Shown here one piece after another: positions 11,440 through 25,166 of a stretch of DNA of 38,371 nucleotides (position 1 is the first letter of the stretch; the number at the start of each line of letters is the position of its first letter). This DNA comes from Basidiobolus ranarum. Lineage: Eukaryota. The notes under the pieces were generated by a model, which saw only the letters and a list, made by a program, of their open reading frames with translations, was not told the origin of the DNA and ran no database searches. Location: positions 1 through 38,371 of the forward strand of contig JASJQH010000047.1 in assembly GCA_040143965.1 (NCBI GenBank). The letters are read 5' to 3'. The position numbers and the translations under genes were made by a program.

Positions 11440-14400
11440 ATGAGTAACAATATTAAAGTAGTAGTTCGTTGTCGTCCTCTCAATGCAAGAGGTAAAGCTA
11501 TCAAAAGCAAGAGAACATCATTTTTAAGGTCATCTGTTAATATAATTACGTAACCATAGAGAAGGCAAGAGGTGCACAATGTCTCATCCGAATGGAAGGG
11601 AATCAGACTTTCATCACCAAGCCAGATGATAATTCGGTGAAAGCCTTTGCTTTTGATCGCTCGTATTGGTCGTTTGATAAAAACGATCCTACTTACGCTA
11701 CTCAGCAAACCCTATACAACGACCTAGGTGAAGAGTTATTAGACCACGCTTTTGGTGGTTATAATACTTGTATTTTTGCTTGTACGTAAGAATGATACTT
11801 CTTGAAAGGGTCTTGAAATGTATATACTTATTTATTTTTCACTATTATAACAGATGGTCAGACAGGTTCTGGAAAATCCTATTCTATGGTAAGTGGAGTA
11901 TTCTTCTCTGATTCCTCATCCAAATTCAAGTTACTTATTTCATTGGGTTTTCTTTTTATCAAAAGATGGGTTATGGTGAAGATAAGGGTATTATCCCTTT
12001 GACATGTTGTGAGTTATTTCATCGGATGGACTCCAACTATGATCCAAATGTGAAGTACAATGTACAAGTATCATACATGGAAATTTATTGCGAAAGGGTT
12101 AGGGATCTTTTGAATCCTAAGGCTAAGGGAAACATGAAAGTTCGTGAACATCCAAGTATGGGTCCTTATGTTGAAGATCTTTCAAAGCTGATGGTTACGT
12201 CGTTTGCTGATATTGAGGCACTTATGGATGCCGGTAATAAGGTAAAACCAGCAACTGTGCATGCGCATGTCTGTTTACTTTATGATATATCAAATTACAG
12301 AGCCTTACGATGTTGCTTTATAAAACGATAGTCTAGAACCGTTGCTGCGACGAATATGAATGAAACGTCCAGTCGTTCCCATGCTGTCTTTACACTTATA
12401 TTGACGCAGATCCGATTTGATCCGGAAACAAAAATGTCTTCTGAAAAAGTGTCGAAAATTAGGTGAAGATTCGTTCATTTATATACTTCTCTAAACCCTT
12501 ACTGCAATACATATTTAACTGTGTGTTTCCTCGGTTCAGTCTGGTCGATCTTGCAGGTAGTGAACGTGCCGATTCTACAGGGGCTACCGGAACTAGATTG
12601 AAAGAAGGAGCAAACATTAACAAATCTTTAACAACTCTTGGTAAAGTTATTTCCGCTTTAGCTGAAGCCTCTTCAAAGAAGAAAAAGAAAGATGAATTTG
12701 TGCCATATAGAGATTCGGTATGGATTCATTAACTTTATATTTCTTTCAATTGTAAACATGTAACTTATTTCTATTCTTTTAGATCCTTACTTGGCTTCTT
12801 AAAGATTCCCTTGGTGGAAATTCAAAAACTGCTATGATAGCAGCCATTTCTGCTGCTGATTATGATGAAACCCTCAGTACCCTTCGTTATGCTGATCGTG
12901 CTAAGCAGATTCAAAACAAGGCTGTGGTTAACGAAGATCCAAATGCCAGATTGATCCGTGAATTGAAAGAAGAACTACAGATGTTACGCACCAAGTTGGT
13001 CGCCTACGATCCAGCCGAGGCTGAAGCATTGGCAGCAGGTGGTGGAAGCTACTCTGTATCTAGCCCTGGTCTTTCCTCTGGCCCAGCAGGGAAAATCAGG
13101 GATCAGCTCCAAGCTTCAGAGAAGCTCATGGCTGAACTGAATGAATCTTGGGAAGATAAACTGAAAAAAACCCAGGATATTCAAACGGAACGGGAAAAGG
13201 TTCTAGAGGAATTGGGTATCTCCATTGAAAAGAATCAAGTTGGTGTTTACTCTCCCAAACGAGTACCCCATTTAGTCAACTTAAATGAAGATCCATTAAT
13301 GTCCGAATGTCTCGTTTACAATCTTAAATTTGGAAATACTAAAGTTGGAAGAATGGATTCTGAAGTAACCGCGGATATTCGATTAAGTGGCTCTAATATT
13401 CTCGAGGAACATTGCTACTTCGAAAATAACAATGGTATTGTTACACTATACCCTGGAGAAAATAGTATGACCATGGTAAATGGACGGCGTACCAACGATC
13501 CTAAAAGACTCAGATCTGGCTTTCGTGTCATCCTCGGAGATAATCATGTTTTCCGGTTCAATAATCCCGAAGAAGTCAGACGTGAACGTGATATGCAAAA
13601 GAGTGCGCTAAGTAACTCGGTATTTCCAGAAGCTTCGTCGCCAACTCCAGACGAGCATGATAGACCCGAATCTCCCACTTCTACAATCTCTTTGGCCTCC
13701 GAAGTTGTGGATTGGAATTTTGCATGGAAAGAAGTTGCCAATACTATGTACAATGCCGATGGTACTCCATTTCCTTTGAGTATCAAAGATGGCGAGGGTG
13801 AAGACTCTTTCATGTTAACAAGCCCTGACCCAGCTCGTCTAGAATTTGAAGTAAAACTTCATCTAGCTCGTAATGAAATGCAACAACAGCTAGAGGTTCA
13901 AAAGCAAGGGTACGAAGAAAAGCTTAAAAAACTCGAAACTGGAAGTAAATCACCTGAACAGACAATCGAAAGAGAAACTTTGGAAGAAAAGCTTAAAGAA
14001 ACACAAGTTAAAATGGAAAAAATGCTCGTACGGCAAAGGGATGAGTACGAAAAGAAGATCAGACGCATTTCCACCTTGCCTCCTGGAACTTTCTATCAAG
14101 AACCAATTGTTTACACTGAGAGAGAAAAGGAATTGATAAATTGGACTCTTGGCCGCATGCGGGCCCGTCGTACCGTTAACATGGCTGAAACAGTTCTAGC
14201 TAACGCGGTTGTTTTAAAAGAAGCCAACGTTATTAGCAAGGAACTGGGAAAACAGGTCACTTACCAATTCACCATTGTGGAAGATTATCCATTTATCCAG
14301 CCTGTATCTTTCTGGGAATGCATGTCGGCTTTGAATCAGTTTGATAACCAAGAAGACTCGGATTTGTTCCAATGTCCAAAGCCATGCATTGGAGTCAAAG

Positions 14401-16689
14401 TAATTGACATGAAGAATGAAGTGATTTATACATGGTCTATCGACAAACTCAAATCTCGACTGAGACGCATGCGCCAATTGTATAATTATATTGATCAACC
14501 CACTTATCGAAAGCATTTCAACTTTGAGGAGCCATTTTATGAAGATCCACCTACATCGTTCACTCTTATCGGAGGTGCTTCCGTATATCTCAAAAATCTT
14601 TTGTTCAGGTTTGCCCAAGAACACAGTGTCCCGGTCCTTTGTAGGTACACTGGTAAGATTAAGGGGTATTGCCGTGTCGCCCTTACCCCTGTCATCGATA
14701 AGGAAAATAACGGACTAGCTTCACCTCTCATCTCCCCCAGAACGAGTGGAGATGAGAGTGAGGCTGAAGGTCTTGTTGATACATCGCAATCACTTGGGGT
14801 GGGAGATCAGATCAAGTTCAAAGTTAGTATCATTGAATTATCCGGATTCTCTGAGGATGACTACACTCAAGTTCACTGTCAATTCCGTTTGGCTGGCTTT
14901 GGTAGCGTCAAACCTCTGTCTGAAAATGACAAGATATTCGCGACAGACCCTGTCACTGATTTTGAGAATTTGCCTATTTATTTTGGATATCATCAGGTGA
15001 TATCCATGACTTTAACTGAGGAAAGCTTAAACCATCTCCGTTCTAATCACCTCATCTTCGAGGTATACGGTCGTGCGAGACCAAAAGTTCTATTTGAAAT
15101 AGAACAGTGGGATTCTCAGCAAGAAGGTGGTGATGTCGTACCAGCATCTGATACCATGAGTATAGCCTCTGATAGATCAAAGCCTGTCGAGAGAAGATCC
15201 GATGAAGAGTTGGTAGCTGAGGAGCATCACGATGTGTTAGCTTGGGCACAGATATGTGAGTTGGGCCCCACAGGTGAATATGTTGCTGTGCCTGTTCAAA
15301 CAACCAACGCAATGGACTCAGGCGCTTTTATGCTTCGTCAAGGTCTACAACGTAGAATCGTTTTAACCTTATCACATAGTAGTGGACATCAGTTTGAGTG
15401 GACTAAAGTTACAAAAATGAAAGTCAGTCGTATTCGTTTACTCGAAAATAGAGCTCGTATAGTAGAGTCTAAGCCTCGTAAAGACCTCGAACTAAACATA
15501 GTTCCATCACAATCAGTAATATATCGCCCAGATGGGACCAGCTGTCTAATAGCTCAGGCTTCATGGGATAGTTCACTTCATGATTCTGTCTTCTTGAACA
15601 GGGCCACTGCTTCTAATCATCGTGTTATGATGACATTAAACTGGGAGCTCGAAGCGGATCGTGTCTGCGAGCCAATATGCTTTAGTATGGATATCGCCGT
15701 TCAAGTTCAAGGACGTGAAGCTCGCACTCTTACGAAAGGATTAATGAAGTTCTTAGGGGGATCTAGCAAACAACTTTATAAAATGAGCACTGTTTTCCAA
15801 GTAACCCTAAAGCCACCCATTACTCGTAAATTAACTGAGCTATGGCGAATGAATACGGCGTCAACATATATTCGTGGTGAAGAATTCCTTGGAGGATGGA
15901 AACCTCGTGGAGTTTCGTTAGTAAAAGAGTATCGCCTCATTCATGAGCGTATTCGCGTTGTTGAAGAAGTCGAAAGCACTAGACAACTATTAAAAATGAG
16001 AGAGATTCTAGGCATTCAAACATCAAGTTCCACTAACATTCCTCCTGAGGAGCTTTGCCAAAAAATCATCGCATTGTGGCAGCGCCCACAAAGAACTATT
16101 GATGATGACATTGTTATTGATCCTAATCCTCCACTTCCTGAAGAGATGACAACACTAGAGCAAGAACCTTCTTTTGAAGATAGCGCCCTCGGTGCGTCCG
16201 CTACACCTTCTATTTCGGAAACGTCCTCAAAGCATCTTGCGCAATCCATTGGATCCATCAAAGATCAAGTAAAACTTACAGCTCAAGTCAAAGTAATCAA
16301 CAAATCCGATACAATAGCCAAGAGAGGGTATTTGTATTATCCTGAGGATCCGCAAGATATCTTTAACTGGTCGAAGAAGTGGTTTGTCATTCGTCGACCC
16401 TATCTGTATATCTATGCCAACAATTCCGAGTCAGACGAACAAGCTGTAATTAACTTGACAGCTGTAAGAGTCGACTATCAGCAAGACCTTGAAAACATGT
16501 TGCAGGTATGGCATTTATAAATTCTTGTATATTGAAATTTCTCTTCTAACCTTTGAAATATTACAACAGAGAAAGCATGTTTTTGCTATCTACACTAGCC
16601 ATAATTCCTATTTACTACAAGCACCCTCTCAAGCGGAAATGGATGATTGGATTGGTCAAATTGATCAATGGTATCATGCACTTTCTTAA
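11440..16689 (+). CDS. unc-104: Kinesin-3 family motor (Unc104/KIF1-type; ~1578 aa, 8 exons)
   Basis: Exons 11440-11491, 11560-11781, 11854-11888, 11966-12241, 12332-12462, 12540-12717, 12783-16505, 16570-16689. Motifs: [11 protein letters not shown]-loop GQTGSGKS, switch I SSRSH, switch II DLAGSER, K-loop KKKKK, FHA region ([18 protein letters not shown]...HVFRFNNP) and a C-terminal PH domain. Confidence 0.95.
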
Positions 16690-17941
16690 GTAGACTAGTC
16701 TTTTCTTCGTTGCCACCTCCCATCATTCTCATTTTGTTTAAAACTCATTTCTTTTAATGGACCTGACCCTTGGATAAACACTAAAGTCTCTCTTGAATCG
16801 ACTAATATTAAAGAGGCGAACTCTTTGAACAGACGGTTAGCCTAATTTAAAAGCCCCTCTTTCACAAACTTTTCAAAGCACATTTTTTAGTATACCATGT
16901 ATTTAATCCACTTTCTATTCAGTTCTTCTGCAGTGAATACTTTGTTCACTCTTTAAACCACCCAGTTCTCTTTTTATCGGGTGGTTTACCCTAACCCTGA
17001 CTGTAGCCCCTGTTATGTCTCATTAGTGCTAAACTTCTAACAAAACATTCAAACTTGATATCAAATGATCAGATGTACTTCAGCTTCATAGTTTCGTCTA
17101 TTAATGATCCCTATGTCTGGTATGTAGTTGTCGTCATTAACGTCGCTAAAGTTTTGGGGCTTAGAATAGTATATTTGGTAGAACTCTATGTGGCACAATT
17201 GTTTCCAGGGTTAGGGTAATGCACCTTTTTGAGATAAAAGCAATAGACGGACTAAATGAGCCAAAGCGAGTTAGGGTTACAAAAAGAAGCCAAGCCAATT
17301 GAAGCACGGGGTAATTAGCTTATTTGGTCGAATACTAGTTTAATATACTGGATCACGATCATGTCGGTCACAATTTAATTAACAGCTAGCTGATCTTATT
17401 CTCTCCTACTTGCTGTAAATCCTAGATGGACCATCCTTAGCATATCCCTAGCCATATTCCTCGCATAGGAAACGTAATCTCTACAGGTGGAAATCTTCGA
17501 GGACATTGCTCTAGGCTTTGCACAGTAGCATTCAGGCTTTGTGCGATATTTAGGTATCATTCCGTGTATCATTCCGTAGCTGGAAACAAAATCGTGAGTA
17601 GAACCATGCTCACTGTGGAACCATAGACATTGAATGTTTCTCTCAATCCTGATATGATATATCAACAACATAATGTTACTATTCTAACTGATTATTTGTT
17701 CCTCAAACACCTTACTGGTAGCGTTTGTGTTCTCAGTGTTGGTATATTTTTCTTATATCTCTTCTGATTTGATCTGTATTCCCCTGTCCCTACTCCTATT
17801 TCTAGCCATCATCCCATTTTAGTCAATATCCGTATTGCTTGCTTGATACAATTCATCGCCTCTTCTTAAGTTTTACATTATCATTACCCTCTCAACATCT
17901 TTGTCGAGGCTAATTCCTTTGTCAAACCAAAATATATTATA

Positions 17942-18129
17942 GTAAGTAGTTCTTGATTTGCCACTATAAATATTGGCTTGTTCGCCTTCTCTCCTCTTTC
18001 GTAGTAGCGAACCATTGAGCGTTTGGTTAGTCTCTACCAACAATTGTCCACTTATTATTTGCCCACTACTTTGACAGCTTATAACCAGAATGCTGAGCAA
18101 TTATAACTGTACTAAACATTTTCTAATAG
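17942..18129 (+). other. Possible 5'-UTR intron of the adenylate cyclase gene
   Basis: GTAAGT donor at 17942, branch-like TACTAAAC near 18110 and TTCTAATAG acceptor ending at 18129, 45 nt before the ATG. Confidence 0.35.
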
Positions 18130-18173
18130 GTACCTCCAACCTGTTTTAGTTTATTTTTATTCGCACTTTCGTG

Positions 18174-21100
18174 ATGCGAAACCCTGGCTCGAATAAGCAA
18201 GAAACCTCTACTGCTGCTGACACTCATACAAAAAACTCACTTTATCATCACGACTGTGTCTCTCTTGACCGACTAAAAGCAGAGCCAACAATTTCCCACT
18301 ACCCTATTGACAAAACTGGTGTACCAAACATCAATATCTATCCTTCTCCTTCCCCTTCATATCAAGAAAACTTTCAGAAGGAGCCTATCTTTATTTCTGA
18401 AGACGCGGAATCGACTCTAACTAAACCTAGAAGTAATTCAGGATTGCAATTATCCTTTTCTCACCAGAAACGCTCTTCTTCACCTGATTTTACTCCAAAA
18501 AGTCCATTTCATCCGAATTCGCTTACTCCAACTCGAGAATTACGTAAGTCTTCATCATCAAGTCATTTGGCGCTTAACCACACTCCAAGTAGAACATCTT
18601 CGATGACTTTGGATTCAACAAGGGAGAACAAGGATAATGGCCACATATCTATGATTTCCAATTTCGAAAGTTCCGGGAGTTCTAACAGCAACACTTACCA
18701 ATCCCAATCTGGTGTTTGGAAGTCCTTCAAAAATAAGTTAGGCAAATTCAAAAGTAAAGACAGAGTTGGAAGTACAGAAGGTAACTGGTAAAGCTTAAGT
18801 TAAGATATATACGACTTTCATCTAACCTTTGTTTAGTGGATAATAATAGGAAAGGATCTCACTCTTCTGATAAAAGTTTGATAAGCGACGAGTCTTCTTC
18901 ATATTTGCCGAAACGTCGTGGGAGTGATGGTTCATGGTCTAGACATCGTAAAAGAAGCGAGGAGGAGTTACAGCCGGTAGCAATTTAACATTACTCTTCT
19001 GTTATATTTGTAAACTAACCTTAAGTTGTATTCATCTGTTAGATTCGTGGAATTAATGGATTTGATTGTATGTATTTCAGTTAAAATTTGGTTCAGAGTT
19101 AGAACAAGTTACTCACGATAAATGAATCTAGTGGAAATGGATGGGATTGTAAACCCTGAAGCGATAGCTAGAGCTAATAACCGCTTACATACAGCGTCAT
19201 TCATCGAAGGTGGAGATAATGCTATTAACCTTGAGGAGTGGAACAACACCTTGCATAGAAAAGAGTCAGCAGAAGCCTGGATTCCACCTGAGTCCTGGGC
19301 AGTTGTGCTACCATCTTCAAGTCAACAAATTACTGACGACGAAGAAGAAGATTATCAAGAAGTGCAACAAATTGAAAATGAGAAATCACTTGCTAGTAAC
19401 GAACCGGTAAATATTAATACCTTAAGTGAGTTTCTTCACTTCAAGACATTTTCTGACAAATTGATAGTATTGTATCCGTATTTTTCGAGAGGACTCTACT
19501 TTTGGTACAGTAACTGTTCCCATCCACATCGTAGCTGCAGATCTATGCGAGATTTTAGGACGTAAATTCTTTCTTACTGAGCCCTCAAAATACAATCTCT
19601 ACGTGCAGCGACATGGCCTTGGTAATATTTCTAGAGATTTCTCTTGACAGTTTCACTCTTATTTACGTTTCTTCAGTAAGGATATTTGCAGCCCAAGAAC
19701 GACCAATTCAATATCTTAAGCGAATGTTGGAGCAAATGGGGTATACCAGTAAAGATAAACTGAGAGACCAGTGCAGAGAAGACAACACCTATTTATGCCG
19801 GTTCACATTTAGTCTAACCAGTCTCCAAGCAACTAACGTGGTGAGTGGTCTCTTAACTGAGCATTTTGCAATGGTCTTGGTATATTAAATATTGTTGTAG
19901 GAATCTTGGCCAGCTAGCTTTCATGAGGTTGATCTTCCCTCACGAAACTTACAAACAGTTCCGATTTTATTGTTCAAACATGCATCTATCATAGTTACTC
20001 TGAATTTATCAAAGAATTTGATGTTGGACATTCCGTCAGATTTCATTCAAGTCTGTACAAGCTTGATGGATTTGAAGCTACGAAACAATGAATACAAGCA
20101 TATTCCTAATAGTATTCGTTATGCTAGCAAATTGGAGTGCTTGGACCTGTCGCATAATAGATTAAAAGAGGTAGAATCTGGCCAATTGCACTCTATACCA
20201 AATCTCAAGAAGCTCTTCCTTTTCAACAATCGGATCAACATACTCCCACCAGAGTTCATTGAGCTCAAGTCTCTGACGGTTCTTGATATATCCAACAATA
20301 AGTTCACTGAGTTTCCTAACTCTGTGTGCGAGCTCATCAATCTCAAGGAACTGTATGTGTCATATAACCGACTCCATCTGCTTCCCGAAACCATTGGAAA
20401 GCTAGTCAACTTAGAGGTGTTGCATCTATCCTGCAATCAGATATCTGGGTCTCTGCCTAAAGGGTTCCAAAATCTTCGTCAACTAATTGAACTCGACATT
20501 CACCAAAACAAGATTCACGATTTGGATGTTTTAGCCTCTTTACCTCAGTTGGAGAGATTATTCAGCGATCACAACTCAGTATCCAATCTCACAGCCCAGT
20601 TTCAGCTACTCAAGCATCTGACCCTGTCAAAAAACCATCTGACACAGTTCAACCTTTCTTGTGTGTCGAACACTTTGACAGACTTGAATCTCTCTTCAAG
20701 CAAACTTTCCACACTACCGGACGATGTGTTTGAACATTTGGGAGGATTACAAAGATTAAAATTAGATAATAATCATCTTGGAACTCTTCCGAACTGTATT
20801 GGCGCTTTGAAAAACCTGCAGGTCTTAAGTTGCACCAACAACTTGTTGGGTTCTTTACCAACTGAGATTGCTGGCTTGTTGGACTTGAGGGTGTTGGATG
20901 TACACAATAACAATCTGAAGACCTTGCCCGAAGAATTCTGGTGGTGTCCTAGGTTGACCGTGTTAAATGCCAGTTCTAACTTGCTGGAAACTTTTCCAGC
21001 TCCCAGTGCCTCACCACCTACCTTTTCCTCTGAATCACCTACATCGCCAATTGCTTCAGTAAAGGAAACCCCGTTATCTCGCACTGCACCTCCTCCTTTA

Positions 21101-23998
21101 ACCCTCTGCATACAAAAGCTCTTCCTAGGTGATAACCGGTTGACTGATGATGTATTTCCTTTGATCGGCTTATTGACGGAGCTCAGGGTTTTGAACGTCT
21201 CTTTCAATGCAATTTACGAAATTCCACCCAACACCTTGTTTGGCTTGGTAAACCTGGTGGAATTATATCTATCTGGGAATCAGATCAGTTCGTTACCCAC
21301 CGATGAGATTGAACGTCTTCGTAGTTTACGTATACTACATGTTAATGCCAACAAATTGCACACACTTCCGGCAGAACTAGGAAAGATTGGAAAGTTGGAG
21401 GTATTGGATGTAGGCAGCAACAATTTGAAGTACAACATTTCTAACTGGCCCTATGATTGGAACTGGAATTGGAATCGTGAGCTTCGTTATTTAAATCTGT
21501 CTGGCAATAAGCGACTACAGATTAAGAACAATCATACTGATCTTAATCCGAATAGAGAGAGGAATCTGGCGGATTTTAGCTCTTTACAGGTTCTTAGTGT
21601 CCTCGGCTTAATGGATGTCACTCTAATGGTAGGTGTGCCTGAAGAAACCGAGAATCGTAGAATTCGTACTTCTACTTCAGAAGTGAACCACATGAGCTAT
21701 GGCATGGCCGATTACCTTGGTCCATCTGGTGTCTTGTGTTCTTGGGATTTAGCAGTCCCCAGATTCCGAAGCTCTGAAAGTGAATGTCTATTCGCATTGT
21801 TCGACTCGCTAAATGTGAAACGTGGGGGATCAGCATTTTCAAAATACTTGAATGATTGGTTTACATATCAGTTTACTTCAGAGTTGAAAAAACTACGCGA
21901 ACCTTCCGAAACTGCTGAAGACGCTTTACGTCGTACATTCTTAGGTATTGAAAAGGAATTGGGGACCCAATTTATTGAAAAGGGTAGAAATGCCGGCGCC
22001 TCCGCCTTGGTGACTTACATTTGCGATAAAACCCTTTACGTAGCCAACGTTGGCGATGCCTTGGCAGTAATTTCTCGAGGAAGTAGTGCACAATTGATAT
22101 CCACCCCACACTCACCGTGTAGCCAAAAGGAAATCAATCGAATTAGAGATTCCGCTGGCTGGATCTCCTCTAATGGCTTTGTTGGTGGTCAAGTTGGTGT
22201 CTCGCGATGCTTTGGGCAATTCAATCTATTGCCTGCAGTCAATGCGAATCCAGCAATCCAGGTAGTCGAACTCTGCGAGCAAGACGAGTTTGTAATCATG
22301 GCTAGCAAAGGCCTATGGGACCATGTGTCCTATCAAACAGCCGTGGATATTGCGTGTACATCGAGATTCGATTTGATGTTAGCTACGCAGAAACTACGCG
22401 ATTTTGCTATCACCTACGGTGCTAGTGAGAGCATTGTGGTGATGATCATTGGAGTCGGGGATTTGTTCAATAAACGTCCCAGACAAGGCCTGAACGGTGG
22501 TCATCAACCGTCACAACCTGGAAAGGGAATGTTTGGTTTTGCTGAAGGGTACGATGAAGCCAACCTATACCGTAAAAATAGACGCGGGAAGGATGAGCTT
22601 CCTGGAGACTCCACTTTAGCTAGATTGGATCGTGAAGTGCAACCCCCCAAAGGCACCGTAGCTATGGTATTCACAGATATCAAGAATTCCACCTTTTTAT
22701 GGGAGACACTCCCAAATGCAATGAACTCTGCGATCAAAATTCACAACAAAATTCTGCGTCGTTTACTACGCGCCATCGGTGGTTATGAGGTTAAAACTGA
22801 AGGAGATGCTTTTATGGTATCTTTCCCAACTGTCGCAGCAGCTCTGCGGTGGTGTTTGACTGTACAGCTTCAGTTGTTGCAGGCGGACTGGCCTCAAGAA
22901 ATTCTAAATTCTGAGGATGGCCAAGAAATATTTGGTCCTGGCCTTACGAACGAACTTTTGTACCGTGGATTGTCGGTCAGAATGGGACTTCATTATGGCA
23001 AACCAGTGTGTGAGAACGATCCCATCACAAATCGTATGGACTATTTTGGCCCCATGGTAAATAGATCCGCACGTATTTGTAGTGTTGCTGATGGAGGGCA
23101 AATTTGCGTCAGCTCAGATGTCATCAATGAGATCAACAACCTAGAAGGAATATTTGATGAGTCTTCAGAGTCGGAAGTTCCAGAAGACTTGCCTACTAAT
23201 GAACTTGGAAGAGATGAGTTAGCGTTGAAACAGCTTCGAATAGAAATAGTCAAACTTGGCGAACGAAAGCTGAAAGGACTTGAAAACCCTGAAGAATTAT
23301 CCTTGATTTACCCTAGATCTCTGTTAGCTCGGTGGGTACGTTGGCAACAAGCACAAACCAAAGAAGAACCGGTGGCCATCTATGAGAGGGCATTTATGCA
23401 GACAATTGATCCTGCTTTAGTACGTTCATTGGGTTATATCTGTATACGTCTTGAGCGAGTAGCATCAGGCAATACTAGCCTGATGAATCGTCGTGCTTCA
23501 AGAACGGATTATTTAAGCGGACTGCTTACTTTCCACGTTAAAGATAATGCGGAAGATCATGAATTAATAAGAATTCTAGAGGGGCTGGTTACCCGAATCG
23601 AAAATGCATACTCTACCATCTACCTGCGAAAATACGAGTCCATCGCGGCTACAGTTGCTGAAGTATTTGGGGAAGAATTCAACTTGAGTAATATCGACTT
23701 GGATGATTTCCGCAAGGCTTTAGGACAGCTCCGTGATATGTTAACTGCAGATAACAAAAACTCAAGACCGCAAATCTCTGATGATTCCCCAATACCACCC
23801 ACAAATTGCATATCTGCTATCAGCGTAGAGGATACGGTTGCTGAGGATCCACATCCATCCACACCTCCAGCGCGTAACTCTGTGAACTCGGCCTATCAAT
23901 CAAAAATCCGACCTTTAGGGATGGTAGTCACAAAAGAAATGTCGGATCCTTTCTTGCAAGAGCTTGCTTCACCTAAAACTGAAGAGAACCATGCCTAA
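18174..23998 (+). CDS. CYR1: Fungal adenylate cyclase (RA domain, LRRs, PP2C-like domain, class III cyclase; ~1820 aa, 7 exons)
   Basis: Exons 18174-18780, 18837-18976, 19043-19067, 19132-19406, 19468-19621, 19677-19840, 19901-23998 (5463 nt). N-terminal FDLEMDGIV and WIPPESWAV motifs, RA domain YCIRIFREDSTF, long LRR array, NWPYDWNWNWN, PP2C-like LYVANVGD, and catalytic VFTDIKNST, EVKTEGDAFM and DYFGPMVNRSAR. Confidence 0.96.
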
Positions 23999-25166
23999 TA
24001 CCACTTAGAAACGCATTGCTCATTTAACCTGACATATATGTGGCACACTCCCTCCCCGCATCCTATTTAGCCCTCCTCTTCTCTGATTGCTTACCCATGG
24101 CCTGTATACTCTGCTCTGACAATCATCTGACTACTGTAAGTTTTATACTATTTCTGTTCTCAAACATGTATTATTATTATTTCATACGCATCTAAAATTT
24201 GAGAGAATTTTGGGTTAGAGTTGAAGGATTCGAAAAGGGGATTTAGAGCGTCTATCAGTTGACTTTTCTTCCATAACTGCGTATTCTTAGTTTTAACTTC
24301 AACCATGTATTTTTTACTCTCTCCTTCGTTTTACTACTCACATATCACTACGCCTCCAGGTGATCATTTGCTGTTTCAATTGATGCTTTGATGCTTTGAT
24401 TCGAATCCAATATCCAAAACTGGTTGCCTGAGTGAATAAATTATGAGTAAAAATTAGAACACCAGATAACATGGCAGACTCTGAGATTCCCATAATTGTC
24501 TAATCAAATTAAGGCTAATTATGCTTGACAACCATACTCGATATTTATTGGCTCCTGATTGTATGTTGAAAGATCACAAAACCACCCGAAAGTCTATTGC
24601 CACGATGATATAACTAGCCAATCGAGAGTCAATATTCATCAATAAATGTAATACCAAGTTAATTTGTGCGAAAGAATGATTGGGGCAATGCAACTTAACA
24701 CAATCACAATGAAATGAAATGATAATGTTAAGAGATGAATGCTAACTCTGCTCCGGAGTTGGGTGGAATTCACTCTTACCTAAAGTTAGTCCAAATTCCA
24801 TGCAAAATGCCCGCAAATCACTCCCAAATCATGAGAAAAAAAGAAAAATCTAGAGTCTCGGGGATTGAAATGACTCTCTACCTTGGATCAAAAATGTTTA
24901 TTGATCTGTAGTAAAATACTCTATATTCGCAATACAAAATATTCCAACAATCTTGTGATTCCAACATTAAGCTAATTTTCTGGTCGTTTCTGTGCACCCC
25001 CCTCTTTTAGTACCCATAGCATTGAGCCGGGCTCCCAATATATCTACTCAAATCTACTTAGTTACACTCAAGCTTGCTCTTTCTTTTCATTTCCTCCCAC
25101 CCTCTGTCTACGGCATAGCCCTCAACTAATATCATTTCTCCTCCTCCTCCTCCTGCATCGCATTGT

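Noticed and set aside
13544-16261. Antisense and alternative-frame ORFs within the kinesin
   Set aside because: Expected shadows of a long coding exon.
19970-21520. LRR array as an NLR-like immune receptor
   Set aside because: It is in frame with RA, PP2C-like and cyclase domains, the standard fungal Cyr1 architecture.
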